Below, piece after piece: positions 1 to 9,054 of a stretch of 24,000 nucleotides of DNA. The first letter of the stretch is position 1. Every line of letters begins with the position of its first letter. The stretch is from Promethearchaeota archaeon (GTDB taxonomy: Archaea > Asgardarchaeota > Lokiarchaeia > Sigyniarchaeales > Sigyniarchaeaceae). The stretch lies in NCBI GenBank assembly GCA_041305945.1, contig JBGLND010000001.1:1427753-1451752 (forward strand). The letters are read 5' to 3'. The notes beneath the pieces were generated by a model, which searched no databases, was not told where the DNA came from, and saw only the letters and a program-made list of their open reading frames with translations. The position numbers were made by a program, and so were the translations under genes.

Positions 1-37
1 CGCCTGCCAACGCCGCCTGGATTTTTTGCTGGCATTA

Positions 38-256
38 TCAGCTGATTTCCTTGTCCCTGATGACCTCTACTGACGTGTTCTTGTCGATCGCAGCCCGGTA
101 CCGCTTGGATTGGTTGTCGATATCAGACTTTTCTTGATCGGGCTTGTTCATGCGCCACTTGTCGACTTTTTTGGAGAAAATTTTACTCACCTTGTGATCT
201 CGGATGGATGGTGTCTTATTGAATAGGAGAACGTGGCCGTTTAACAAGCTAAGCAT
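38..256 (-). CDS. Small hypothetical charged protein (72 aa)
   Basis: ORF track; a TATA-like AT-rich element (306..317) lies about 50 bp upstream of the start on the same strand; no recognisable family. Confidence 0.35.
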   Translation of the reverse strand: MLSLLNGHVLLFNKTPSIRDHKVSKIFSKKVDKWRMNKPDQEKSDIDNQSKRYRAAIDKNTSVEVIRDKEIS

Positions 257-305
257 AATAACACATTAGCCGGTGTTCCTCGAATAACACTGGAGAGCGA
301 GTGCC

Positions 306-317
306 CTATATATTTAA
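306..317 (-). promoter_or_regulatory. Candidate archaeal TATA box (TTAAATATATAG on minus strand)
   Basis: CTATATATTTAA on plus strand in otherwise GC-rich surroundings, between the stop of the 344..1702 gene and the start of the 38..256 ORF. Confidence 0.35.
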
Positions 318-343
318 CCCGGGGGAAGGCAAAAAAAGGCCCG

Positions 344-1702
344 TTAAATGGTAACGGTATCGCCACGCTTGGGCGCGGTGGCACTCGCCCCGGGCACTTG
401 CTCGTTGATGGAACGGGCAAGAAACTCGCAGTTTTCAAGGTCACCGTGGATGCAAAACACGTCTTTTTTACCATTCTTGAATTGAAGGGCTTTAACGAAC
501 TGTAACAAGTCATTCCCGTCCGAATGGCTGCTGAAATCGAATTGTGCGACGCGTGCTTGAACATCCACCTGGTTTGAAGGCCCGGCCGTCTCGTTGGCAT
601 TGATCGCTGCCATCTCGCGTTCCTCGTCCAGCTCGTACTTCCGCTCATCGAGGAGGATGCGCCCCGGCGTTCCTTCTACCTGGTATGACACGAGGAACAC
701 GCCATTTTTCCTGTTCACGAGCATCGGGGGTGCATAAAACCGCACGGTCCCTCCTTTCATCATGCCGCTTGGTGCGATGATGATGTCTGCCGATGAAAGC
801 GCCTTGCGACGGTCCGATTGGCTTCGTTCGCGCTTGATCATGGTGATCTTGTCCAAAGAATACCCTGAACGCAAGAAATCGGGATTTCGCAAGAGCAAGG
901 CCGAGATTTCCCTCGCCATGCCATCAACAACGACGTTCCGGTCCATGAACCCGTAGGTTTGCAATACAGATAGGATTTCCTGGCTCCTCGCAACACCGAA
1001 CGCGGGGATGAGCACCTTCCCGCCGGCATCGAGCACTTGCTTGATCGAGCTCACGAACTCCCGTTCCGTGTCCAGCCTGTTGGGGTGCGTCCGGGTGGCA
1101 TAGGTGCTCTCGATGATCAAGGCATCGATCGGGGGGATGCCCGAGGTCTTGGCACCCCACAACAAGCGCGTGTCCCGGGTGTTTATATCGCCCGTGTACA
1201 AGACGGTCTTGCCATCGATCGACACGAGGACCATGGCCGAGCCGGGAATGTGCCCGGCATCGAGAAACGTGAGGCTGCAGTCCATCCCCGGGACGAGGTG
1301 GGGTTCGTTATAGGCCTTCACGACCTGGATGGCCCGCAAGAAATTGTCCATTTCCTCCTTCTCGAACGGGAGGCGATCGGCAGAAATGTTGAGCATGTCG
1401 TCTAGCAACACTTTCACGATGGTCCTGGTTGCCTTGGTCATGTAGCACGGGGGTTTCGCGGAAATGTACAGGTACGGGAGCCCGCCCGTGTGATCGACGT
1501 GCGCGTGGCTCACCGCTACCGCCTTGATGCGGCGGGGCTCGACGTCCAGCGGCAGCTTGGTCTTGTCATCGTCCTTCATTGCCATCCCGAAGTCGAGGAG
1601 GACCTGTCCTTGGCCATCCTCGCCAGACGATAAGAGAAATGCCGAACGGCCGACTTCACCGCATGCACCTAAAAAATCGAGATTTACCAATTCGTTCACC
1701 AA
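344..1702 (-). CDS. Metallo-beta-lactamase / beta-CASP family RNA-metabolising exonuclease (archaeal CPSF2/RNase J-like)
   Basis: SHAHVDHTG metal-binding motif, DAGHIPGS, TGDINT, IIESTY, IPAFGVARSQEIL, SSHSD and IHGD motifs; 452 aa, apparently complete. Confidence 0.88.
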   Translation of the reverse strand: MVNELVNLDFLGACGEVGRSAFLLSSGEDGQGQVLLDFGMAMKDDDKTKLPLDVEPRRIKAVAVSHAHVDHTGGLPYLYISAKPPCYMTKATRTIVKVLLDDMLNISADRLPFEKEEMDNFLRAIQVVKAYNEPHLVPGMDCSLTFLDAGHIPGSAMVLVSIDGKTVLYTGDINTRDTRLLWGAKTSGIPPIDALIIESTYATRTHPNRLDTEREFVSSIKQVLDAGGKVLIPAFGVARSQEILSVLQTYGFMDRNVVVDGMAREISALLLRNPDFLRSGYSLDKITMIKRERSQSDRRKALSSADIIIAPSGMMKGGTVRFYAPPMLVNRKNGVFLVSYQVEGTPGRILLDERKYELDEEREMAAINANETAGPSNQVDVQARVAQFDFSSHSDGNDLLQFVKALQFKNGKKDVFCIHGDLENCEFLARSINEQVPGASATAPKRGDTVTI

Positions 1703-1751
1703 TACAAGTAACGAAATGGTAGCAAAAGATTAAAATTTTCAGAGAAAAGTA

Positions 1752-2639
1752 ATGATCGAAATAGGTGATTTCACAATGCAAATACCAACAGACGTGCAAA
1801 TCGGCATAATCGGTGGCACTGGGGCAGACATTGAATTACACGATGTCGTGAAGGTGAAACCGTACACGCCATATGGACAGCCATCGGATTTCATTCACGT
1901 TGGTACCTTCGCGGGGCACAAAGTCGCGTTCTTGGCAAGGCACGGGCCCGGCCACCAAATCCCACCCCACATGCTCAATTTCCGGGCGAACTTGTGGGCA
2001 CTCAAGGAGCTTGGAGTAACGCGCGTGTTCTCCCCGTGCGCTGTCGGGAGCCTTAGGAATGAACTCGACAAGGGCGACTTCGTGATCGTCGACCAGTACA
2101 TCGACCGCACCAGAAAGCGGCTCGACACGTTCTACGAGGGCGGGCAGGTATGCCACGTCTCGCAAGCGGACCCGTTCTGTCCCGAGATGAACGACATCTT
2201 CCTCGAAGCGGGAAAACAAATCCCGGGCTTGAAGATCGTCAAGGGCGGGACGTACGTATGCATCGAGGGCCCCCGGTTCTCGACCAGGGCGGAATCAAAG
2301 GTGTTCCACCAGTGGGGAGCTGACGTCATCGGGATGACCGTGTACCCCGAGGCCGTGCTCGCCGCTGAACTTGCCATGTGCTACAGCACGATCGCCACAG
2401 TCACCGACCTCGACGTGTGGGCAGCCTCGTGCAAAAAATGCGGGGTCGTCGAAATCGGGAAATCCTGCCCGAAATGCGGCGGGGACATCAAGCCGCTCGC
2501 CGTGTCGGTCGAGGAGATACTGGAAACAATGGAGAAAAACGCCGTTAACTTGAAGAAGCTCATCGAGATCGCCATCCCGAAGATCCCGACAGCCCGCAAG
2601 TGTGCTTGCGGAAACGCCCTCGCGGGCGCGATCTTGTGA
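1752..2639 (+). CDS. S-methyl-5'-thioadenosine / purine nucleoside phosphorylase family, with internal CxxC-X8-CxxC insert
   Basis: IGIIGGTG, LARHGPGHQIPPHMLNFRANLWALKELGV, YVCIEGPRFSTRAES, VIGMTVYPEAVLAAELAMCYSTIATVTDLDVW; Cys-rich insert CKKCGVVEIGKSCPKCGG. Confidence 0.9.
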   Translation: MIEIGDFTMQIPTDVQIGIIGGTGADIELHDVVKVKPYTPYGQPSDFIHVGTFAGHKVAFLARHGPGHQIPPHMLNFRANLWALKELGVTRVFSPCAVGSLRNELDKGDFVIVDQYIDRTRKRLDTFYEGGQVCHVSQADPFCPEMNDIFLEAGKQIPGLKIVKGGTYVCIEGPRFSTRAESKVFHQWGADVIGMTVYPEAVLAAELAMCYSTIATVTDLDVWAASCKKCGVVEIGKSCPKCGGDIKPLAVSVEEILETMEKNAVNLKKLIEIAIPKIPTARKCACGNALAGAIL

Positions 2640-2680
2640 TGGCGGGAGAAAAAAATCGATACAAGAGACGTGCTTGAACC

Positions 2681-3223
2681 ATGCCGCAAAAACCAGATTA
2701 TTACGACAAGTTAATACGAAATGTCCCCGATTTCCCGAAGAAGGGAATCCAGTTCAAGGACATCACCACGCTCATCAAGGACCCCAAGGGGCTAAAGAAT
2801 GCCATCGACGACATGGCTGCTGCCCACAAGGACAAGAAAATCACGAAGGTCGTGGGCATCGAATCCCGCGGTTTCATCTTCGGATCGGGCATCGCCTACC
2901 AGCTCGGGGTTGGGTTCATTCCCATCCGGAAGCCCGGGAAGCTCCCTGCAAAAACCGAGGCCATGGAATACTCGCTGGAATATGGCACCGACAAGATCGA
3001 AATCCACGTGGATGCAATCAGCAAGGGTGACAACGTGCTTATCGTGGACGATTTGCTTGCAACGGGAGGAACCGCTGCCGCTGCAACCAAGCTCGTCGAG
3101 AAACTCGGCGGGAAGGTGGCAGGGGTCGCTTTCGTGATCGAGCTGGCGGGCAGCCTTCACGGGCGCGACTTGCTTAAGGGGTATAACATCACGAGCCTCG
3201 TGAAGATCGACGTTCACGAGTGA
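2681..3223 (+). CDS. apt: Adenine phosphoribosyltransferase
   Basis: NVPDFPKKGIQFKDITTLIKDP, GIESRGFIFG, PIRKPGKLPAKT, PRPP motif VLIVDDLLATGGTAAAA. Confidence 0.93.
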   Translation: MPQKPDYYDKLIRNVPDFPKKGIQFKDITTLIKDPKGLKNAIDDMAAAHKDKKITKVVGIESRGFIFGSGIAYQLGVGFIPIRKPGKLPAKTEAMEYSLEYGTDKIEIHVDAISKGDNVLIVDDLLATGGTAAAATKLVEKLGGKVAGVAFVIELAGSLHGRDLLKGYNITSLVKIDVHE

Positions 3224-3819
3224 TGCACCCGCTTCTCTTCCACGTTTTTTTTCACTTTTTCCTTGCACCTCGTGCAGAACACGGCATGTTTCATGTCGGT
3301 GTCATGTATGCTGTTCGAAAAGGACATCACGCATAGCGGATCGTTGCAGTGCCTTGCACCGAGCACGTGCCCGATTTCGTGGGCGGCTTCCTTGAAGACG
3401 CGCTCGTTGAACAGGTCCTTGTTGGGCAGGAAACCGTGAAACTCGGGACGCAAGCGGAACGTCGAGATCACGCAGCTTGTACCCCCCACGCGGGCCTCGC
3501 CGAAGATGAAATTGAGTGCTGGCCTCGTGTCGGAGAAAAGGTCCACCTCCACGACCCCCAAGGCAACAGCATTCGGTCCCTGCTTGCAGTGCAATCCATC
3601 GAGGTAGGCCAAGTACGGGCCGCTCGGTTCCTGGTTCCTCGTTGGATTGATGGCATTCAATGCTTGCACGTGGCTCACGTGGATGTCGATCGAGCATCCG
3701 AGCATCGTGAAAAGCTTCTTCAAGTATAAAAGCAACCGTGGTTCGAGACGGGCATCACCGATCCCGAAAATGACGACATGCAACTCCAAGCTGGCCATCC
3801 TTGGATGGAATGAATACAA
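3214..3819 (-). CDS. amzA: Archaemetzincin-type zinc metalloprotease
   Basis: HEIGHVLGARHCNDPLCVMSFSNSIHDTDMKHAVFCTRCKEKV: HExxHxxGxxHC plus CxM and CxxC signature of archaemetzincins. Confidence 0.92.
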   Translation of the reverse strand: MYSFHPRMASLELHVVIFGIGDARLEPRLLLYLKKLFTMLGCSIDIHVSHVQALNAINPTRNQEPSGPYLAYLDGLHCKQGPNAVALGVVEVDLFSDTRPALNFIFGEARVGGTSCVISTFRLRPEFHGFLPNKDLFNERVFKEAAHEIGHVLGARHCNDPLCVMSFSNSIHDTDMKHAVFCTRCKEKVKKNVEEKRVHHS

Positions 3820-3847
3820 CGAATGGAAAAAAACTCGCTGGTACCGG

Positions 3848-6793
3848 TCAGCTCACGACCGGCAGCACGATGCAAGACGGGTACATGCCCCCCGTGAGCA
3901 CGGAATTGTTCGCCACGTTGAAACTCGACGGGTGGTTCGTGAACGCGCCCGAGTGGTTGGGATGGCGCTCGAACCGCGGGTAATTGCTCGACGAGATCGC
4001 GATCGTGATGCGATGTCCCGTGTTGAACTGGTACGCGGTCGACCACAAGTCCACCGATATCTCGTAGGCTTGCCCACCAATCATGTCTGGTGCGGTGATG
4101 TTATAACCATCCCGCGAACGCATCACGAGGATGCCATCCAGGATGTTATAGCAGCTGCCGTTCTGGTACCGGTCCATGAGCATCACGGTGAATGCCGTGT
4201 CGGTGCAGTTGGACGCGACCCAGAGGCTCGCCCGGACGTTGCCCACCACCGACAGCGGGAATGGCAGGGGGGCCGATTCGAACACGAGCACGTCGCTTCT
4301 TGCCAAGTTCCTGGCAGCGGCTTGGTCGTACGGGCCCGTGCCGACAAACTGCTCAACGCGATCGGGATGTTTGTCACCGTCCCAGTTGTTGAACCCGAGT
4401 GCATCGAGCTCCAAGGAGGCATAATCCGCCATCAGGTTATTACCACCCTTCGTGAGCACCGGGTAGCGGGGATCGTACAAGCATGACACGTTCGCGTTCC
4501 CGGCAGGGTTGCTATCGATCAGCGAACCGTTGGACGCGACGTACAACACCCGCGTCGAGTCGTTGGCCGGCCACCCGCTCGCGTAGTACCACTTGTTGGC
4601 ACCCGTGACGGATGAGGGCTGGTTCACGTCGCCCATCAAGTAATAGGCAACGCACGGTTCGGACCAGTTGACCGGGGTGCCGGCCAATGCCGCCGATCGC
4701 ATCTCGTTCTCCCACCCCGCGTGACGGCTCTCATCGGCGCGGGGGAAGGCAAGGGACGTTGCGTTGAAAACCGGGGTTAACACGCCAAACTTTCCGTGCC
4801 CGTACGGCCCCATGACCAGACGCTGCTTCCCCAGCGCGCCTGGCCCGCCGTGGTAGTTATACCCGATGAACCCGTCGATCGTGCCTTGCGAGCAGATGTC
4901 GTACCAGCCGCCGAAATGGATTGCGCTCACGTTCACCGACGCGTACCTGTGCCCCATGGACAGGGACGTGGTGTTCCACGACGCGTCCTTTACTTGGTGG
5001 GACACGATCCAGTCGATGGCATCCGAGTACTCGGTTGCACGGCCTGGCGAGTTGTCCTTCCAGATGGTATAGACCCACGACTCGAGCATAGCTTTCCTGA
5101 AGGCGCCGCCTTGGAAGATCATGTGGTCGTAGAGCTCCGGCGCCCCGACACTCAGGGTTTGGAATTTCAGCGCGCCGGATGGCTCATCCGCGTAGCAATA
5201 CTGGTTGACCGTGCCGGCAGACGCGCCTGTCGAAGCAATGTTCCCGTTACACCAGGATTGATTCTTGATCCACGCCACGGTCTTTGCACCGTCGAACCGG
5301 TCATCGATGAACGGGATGAACTTGCCTTCGGACTGGTACCGACCCCGCATGTCCTGGTACACAACGGCGTATCCCGCCTTGACCAAGTCGAGGACCCCCT
5401 TGTTGGTAGCAAGGTTTCCCTTGTTGTAGGGCGTCCGCAGCAAGATGACGGGTCTCGGGATCGTATCGCCCCGCTGCCGGTAAACATCGGTCGCGAGCAA
5501 GGTGCCATCATCCATGGCGAGGTATTCAGTCTTGTAATCAACGGCGACGTACGCGTCGACCATCATATACCCGATGAAGGGAGCAAGGACGATCGTAGTT
5601 ACCATGGCGGCCTTCAAGGCAATCGGGACCTTGTCCGCAAGTTCATGCTTTGCTTGCCTGAGCACCGCCTCGATTGTACGGGAGACTCGACCCCGGGAAC
5701 GGAGCCTTGCTCCAATGGCATACCGTGCGGAGAACACGGCGATCAAGAGCGAGATGATGACAATATACTGAGGGGCATTCTTGTCAGTCCCCGTGATGGT
5801 CATGTACGATGTTGCAGCAAGGGCCAGGAAGGGAATCGCGTACTTGAAAAACCCGCCGGTGATGGTACCGATGACCACCACGCCCTTGAAATTGCTCCGC
5901 TTTGACGTTGCGATCAGGTGGGACCCGCCGTTGATGAGTGAATATCCCACCACGGCAATGGCAAGAACGAGATGAAGCATGCCAATACCCGCGAAGATCG
6001 CTTCCTTGCCAGCGAACCATGCCCAGTCTTTACCATTATTTCGCCATTCTTCACTTGCTTGACCGGAATCAAGCGATTTTTTGCGATTGAACGTGAAATA
6101 ATTCACCAAGTAACTGGTAACAAAGACGATACGACCAACAATTGCAAGAGCAAGATAGACGTCCCGGCCCGCGACCATGTTCGGTTTCACGAGCCCCCGG
6201 TCGAACAAGACCACCAAGGGCACCTTGAACCCGGCACGATCGAGCGCCTCGTCAACGATACCCTTCAAGGGAACGGGCTTGCCCGCCCTGTGCCCCGCGT
6301 CCGCGCAGACGAGTACCTTCGGTTTCGCGTCGTCGATGCGGATGGCCAACGATTCGGTGCTGAAGCCCGCGAACACGATGCTGTGGATGGCGCCGATGCG
6401 GACGCACGCCAGGGCGGCGATGCATGCCTCGGGAATCATGGGCAGGTAGATGATGACCCTGTCGCCTTTATTCACGCCCGAATTCTTCAAGACGCTGGCA
6501 AACTCGACGACCCTTTTTAATAGTTGCCCATAGGTTATGATTTCCTCCTTGTTGACCTCGGAGCTCACCCATATGTATGCAGGTTGGTCTTTCTTTTCTG
6601 CTTCGACCCACCTGTCTACCGCGTTGTAGCAGGTGTTGGTGATGCCACCCACGAACCATTTATAAAATGGTGGTTTCGATGCATCCAATATTCGATCTGG
6701 TTTCTTGTACCAGAAGATTTTTTCAACGACCGGCTTCCAATATTCTTCCGGTTTCTCCACTGAAAGCTTGTGAGCGACTTGATATTTCGACAT
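3848..6793 (-). CDS. Chimeric ORF: truncated acetyl/acyl-CoA synthetase N-terminus joined in frame to a multi-TM segment plus CocE/NonD (X-Pro dipeptidyl-peptidase-like) hydrolase
   Basis: N-terminal part: YWKPVVEKIFWYKKPDRILDASKPPFYKWFVGGITNTCYNAVDRW... VNKGDRVIIYLPMIPEACIAALACVRIGAIHSIVFAGFSTESLAIRIDDAKPKVLVCAD (ACS/PrpE-like); no SGTTG/TGxPKG P-loop or C-terminal catalytic domain follows. After about 6160 the ORF becomes TM helices, then DDGTLLATDVYRQ...PVILLRTPYNK...GYAVVYQDMRGRYQSEGKF...GASAGTVNQYCYA (CocE/NonD). The ORF track starts at 6907; MSKYQVAHKL at 6793 is the likelier start. Confidence 0.8.
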   Translation of the reverse strand: MSKYQVAHKLSVEKPEEYWKPVVEKIFWYKKPDRILDASKPPFYKWFVGGITNTCYNAVDRWVEAEKKDQPAYIWVSSEVNKEEIITYGQLLKRVVEFASVLKNSGVNKGDRVIIYLPMIPEACIAALACVRIGAIHSIVFAGFSTESLAIRIDDAKPKVLVCADAGHRAGKPVPLKGIVDEALDRAGFKVPLVVLFDRGLVKPNMVAGRDVYLALAIVGRIVFVTSYLVNYFTFNRKKSLDSGQASEEWRNNGKDWAWFAGKEAIFAGIGMLHLVLAIAVVGYSLINGGSHLIATSKRSNFKGVVVIGTITGGFFKYAIPFLALAATSYMTITGTDKNAPQYIVIISLLIAVFSARYAIGARLRSRGRVSRTIEAVLRQAKHELADKVPIALKAAMVTTIVLAPFIGYMMVDAYVAVDYKTEYLAMDDGTLLATDVYRQRGDTIPRPVILLRTPYNKGNLATNKGVLDLVKAGYAVVYQDMRGRYQSEGKFIPFIDDRFDGAKTVAWIKNQSWCNGNIASTGASAGTVNQYCYADEPSGALKFQTLSVGAPELYDHMIFQGGAFRKAMLESWVYTIWKDNSPGRATEYSDAIDWIVSHQVKDASWNTTSLSMGHRYASVNVSAIHFGGWYDICSQGTIDGFIGYNYHGGPGALGKQRLVMGPYGHGKFGVLTPVFNATSLAFPRADESRHAGWENEMRSAALAGTPVNWSEPCVAYYLMGDVNQPSSVTGANKWYYASGWPANDSTRVLYVASNGSLIDSNPAGNANVSCLYDPRYPVLTKGGNNLMADYASLELDALGFNNWDGDKHPDRVEQFVGTGPYDQAAARNLARSDVLVFESAPLPFPLSVVGNVRASLWVASNCTDTAFTVMLMDRYQNGSCYNILDGILVMRSRDGYNITAPDMIGGQAYEISVDLWSTAYQFNTGHRITIAISSSNYPRFERHPNHSGAFTNHPSSFNVANNSVLTGGMYPSCIVLPVVS

Positions 6794-6968
6794 GGACATC
6801 CTCGCTTTGCTGATGCAAGATTGATGGGTTATTCTGGTGATGCTCGCACGGGCGGCTGACCTCCCGTGCATGGCATAGCCTTGCTTGAAATATCTTGTTC
6901 TATTCACTTATAATAGTACACATGTTAACGCACCATGGTTAGTAGATATTTGATGGAGTTACACGGCG

Positions 6969-7874
6969 ATGGTTCTCAAGGCAGGCGATCACGTGATCAT
7001 CAGCGGGGGAAAAAAGCACGAGTGGTTCGTCCAGCTGGCTCCCGGGAAAGCATTGCACACCCATGCCGGCATCATCCCGCACGATGGCATCGTGGGAAAG
7101 GAATTCGGTGACATGGTCGGCACGACCAATACTGGCGCCCAATTTATACTAGTAAAGCCACTGATGCACGATATTTCCACGCGGTTCGCCCGAAAAACGC
7201 AGATCGTCTACCCAAAGGATACTGGCTACGTTATAATGAACGCGGGAATCGTTCCCGGCTCGCGGGTGCTCGAAGCAGGGACAGGCTCGGGGGCAATGAC
7301 GTCGCTGCTGGCATCCATCGCCGGGGCGAGAGCACCGGGGCGTGTCGTGTCGTTCGAGGTCGTTGAAAAGCACCACGAGGCCGCGAAACGAAACCTGGCA
7401 TTGGCGGGTCTTTCTGGCGTCGTTGACATGCGGCTCGGTGACTTGCTCGATCCCGCAGTGCAAAAGAGCCTTGAAATGGAAACCCCATTCGACGCGTGTT
7501 TCTTCGACATGCCATCGCCGTGGGACGTCGTCGACCTTGCCCACGCGGTACTCGTGCCGGGCGGCGTGTTCTGCTCGTTCTCCCCCGTCATCGAGCAAGT
7601 CAAGAAAATCGTTGCCACGTTGAAACTTGGTAACTGGACCCGCGTCGAGGCCGTTGATTTGCAGTTGCGCACGTGGCAAGTGAAGGACAACGCCACCCGG
7701 CCTGCCTCGCACGGCCACCACACCGGCTACCTGGTGTTTGCCAGGAAGACGAACGTGAAACCACCCTTGGAATGGGATAGGAAGGTGCGGAAGGCGTTGA
7801 ACAGGGAGCTTGCCGAGCAAGGCTTGATCCCCGACGAAGTGGACGACGGTGCCCTCGATTTCCTTGATGAATGA
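6969..7874 (+). CDS. trmI: tRNA (adenine-57/58-N1)-methyltransferase TrmI family
   Basis: RKTQIVYPKDTGYVIMNAGIVPGSRVLEAGTGSGAMTSLLA, SFEVVEKHHEAAKRNL, DACFFDMPSPWDVVDLAHAVLVPGGVFCSFSPVIEQV. Confidence 0.92.
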   Translation: MVLKAGDHVIISGGKKHEWFVQLAPGKALHTHAGIIPHDGIVGKEFGDMVGTTNTGAQFILVKPLMHDISTRFARKTQIVYPKDTGYVIMNAGIVPGSRVLEAGTGSGAMTSLLASIAGARAPGRVVSFEVVEKHHEAAKRNLALAGLSGVVDMRLGDLLDPAVQKSLEMETPFDACFFDMPSPWDVVDLAHAVLVPGGVFCSFSPVIEQVKKIVATLKLGNWTRVEAVDLQLRTWQVKDNATRPASHGHHTGYLVFARKTNVKPPLEWDRKVRKALNRELAEQGLIPDEVDDGALDFLDE

Positions 7875-7918
7875 GCCAACGAACGAACCAACGAACCAAC
7901 CAACGAACGGATTAACGA
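7875..7918. repeat. Degenerate 4-bp-period (CAAC/GAAC) microsatellite
   Basis: gccaacgaacgaaccaacgaaccaaccaacgaacggattaacg directly after the TrmI stop codon. Confidence 0.7.
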
Positions 7919-7944
7919 GCGACCTGTAAACGGAGTACAAGAAA

Positions 7945-8604
7945 ATGCCCTCGAGATGGCGCGTCCGGCGCGTGTTCCGGCCCGTGGTGCTTGGAATCGC
8001 CCGTGGCCTTGCACGTGCGGGATTGTCCCCCAACGGCGCCACGGGACTCGTCTTGCTCCTTTCATTCGCAGCGTTTTTTTACGAGGTGCTCCTGCCGTTG
8101 CCCGTGACGTGGCTTACTGGCCTCGGGTTTGCGCTGCTCGTGTTCGTGACAGGCATCATGGACGGGGTGGACGGCGCGATCGCGCGCCAGACCGGGAAGC
8201 AATCCAAGTTTGGGGGCGTGCTGGACTCGACGGTCGATCGCGTATCGGACGCGCTCGTGTTCTGCGCGCCGGCGTTCCGCGACCTGCTCGTGAGCGATGT
8301 CGTGAATGGCCAACTAGCATGGCTGCCCGGCTTGGATGTCATTCCATTGTGGTTCTGGTCGACGTTCCTCGTGATCGGGGCATACTTGACCAGTTACGTG
8401 CGTGCTAGGACGACCCTTGCCGATGCAACGGTCGACACGGACGTGGGTGCACTCGCGCGATCCGAGCGCCTCCTTTGCGTCGTGATAGGCACGGCATGCG
8501 GCGCGCAATGGATCACGATCATCGCCTTGGCCCTCCTCACAAACGTGACGGCGATCCACAGGTTACGTGTTGCTCGAAACGGCTTGGCGCAGAAGGAGAA
8601 GTAG
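7945..8604 (+). CDS. CDP-alcohol phosphatidyltransferase family (archaetidyl-(inositol phosphate)-synthase-like)
   Basis: Exact CAPT motif DGVDGAIARQTGKQSKFGGVLDSTVDRVSD (Dx2DGx2ARx8Gx3Dx3D) and several TM segments. Confidence 0.9.
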   Translation: MPSRWRVRRVFRPVVLGIARGLARAGLSPNGATGLVLLLSFAAFFYEVLLPLPVTWLTGLGFALLVFVTGIMDGVDGAIARQTGKQSKFGGVLDSTVDRVSDALVFCAPAFRDLLVSDVVNGQLAWLPGLDVIPLWFWSTFLVIGAYLTSYVRARTTLADATVDTDVGALARSERLLCVVIGTACGAQWITIIALALLTNVTAIHRLRVARNGLAQKEK

Positions 8605-8640
8605 GAACGCGTGGAATGACCACCCGCCGGCACGCGCGAT

Positions 8641-8880
8641 TCATCCTTGCTTTTTATCCTGATCCGATTGGAACAACTTGAACTCCCCCTTGATCTTCGA
8701 CCGCTCTTTCTTGTCGGCCGAGACTTTTTCGAACGAGAGGATGACCGGCGCGTCGCCCTGCAAGGCCGCGTTGATGAAATTGATGAAACCGATTTGCTGG
8801 GTCGGGGGAATGTTAATCTTGAGCTCTATGGGCTTGCGCTGCTTCGGGCTTGTCGTGGATAACACGAGTTTGATTCTCAT
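8641..8880 (-). CDS. Small hypothetical protein (79 aa)
   Basis: ORF track; positioned tail-to-tail with the 7945..8604 gene; pattern of strands followed by a putative helix; no recognised family. Confidence 0.5.
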   Translation of the reverse strand: MRIKLVLSTTSPKQRKPIELKINIPPTQQIGFINFINAALQGDAPVILSFEKVSADKKERSKIKGEFKLFQSDQDKKQG

Positions 8881-9054
8881 GCTTTTACCGATCTCCGTGC
8901 TGGTGTGATGATCTAGCGGTCGTGGATTAAAAACACGGCCACAACGGGGCCGGGCGGAACGAACGTTGCATGATGCGAACGCGCCATGTTCTTGGGCATC
9001 CTTGACGCGTGAATCCCGTGAAAAAAGGCGTGAAAAAGAGAAAATAGATGATGT

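Noticed and set aside
2602-3030. ORFs overlapping APRT (2602..3030, 2792..3268, 2799..3137)
   Set aside because: APRT in its own frame has full family motifs; the others are alternative-frame or antisense shadows
4796-5905. 369-aa plus-strand ORF (with 3647..4486 and similar)
   Set aside because: Entirely antisense to the CocE-type hydrolase, low-complexity R/V/H-rich translation typical of shadow ORFs in GC-rich DNA
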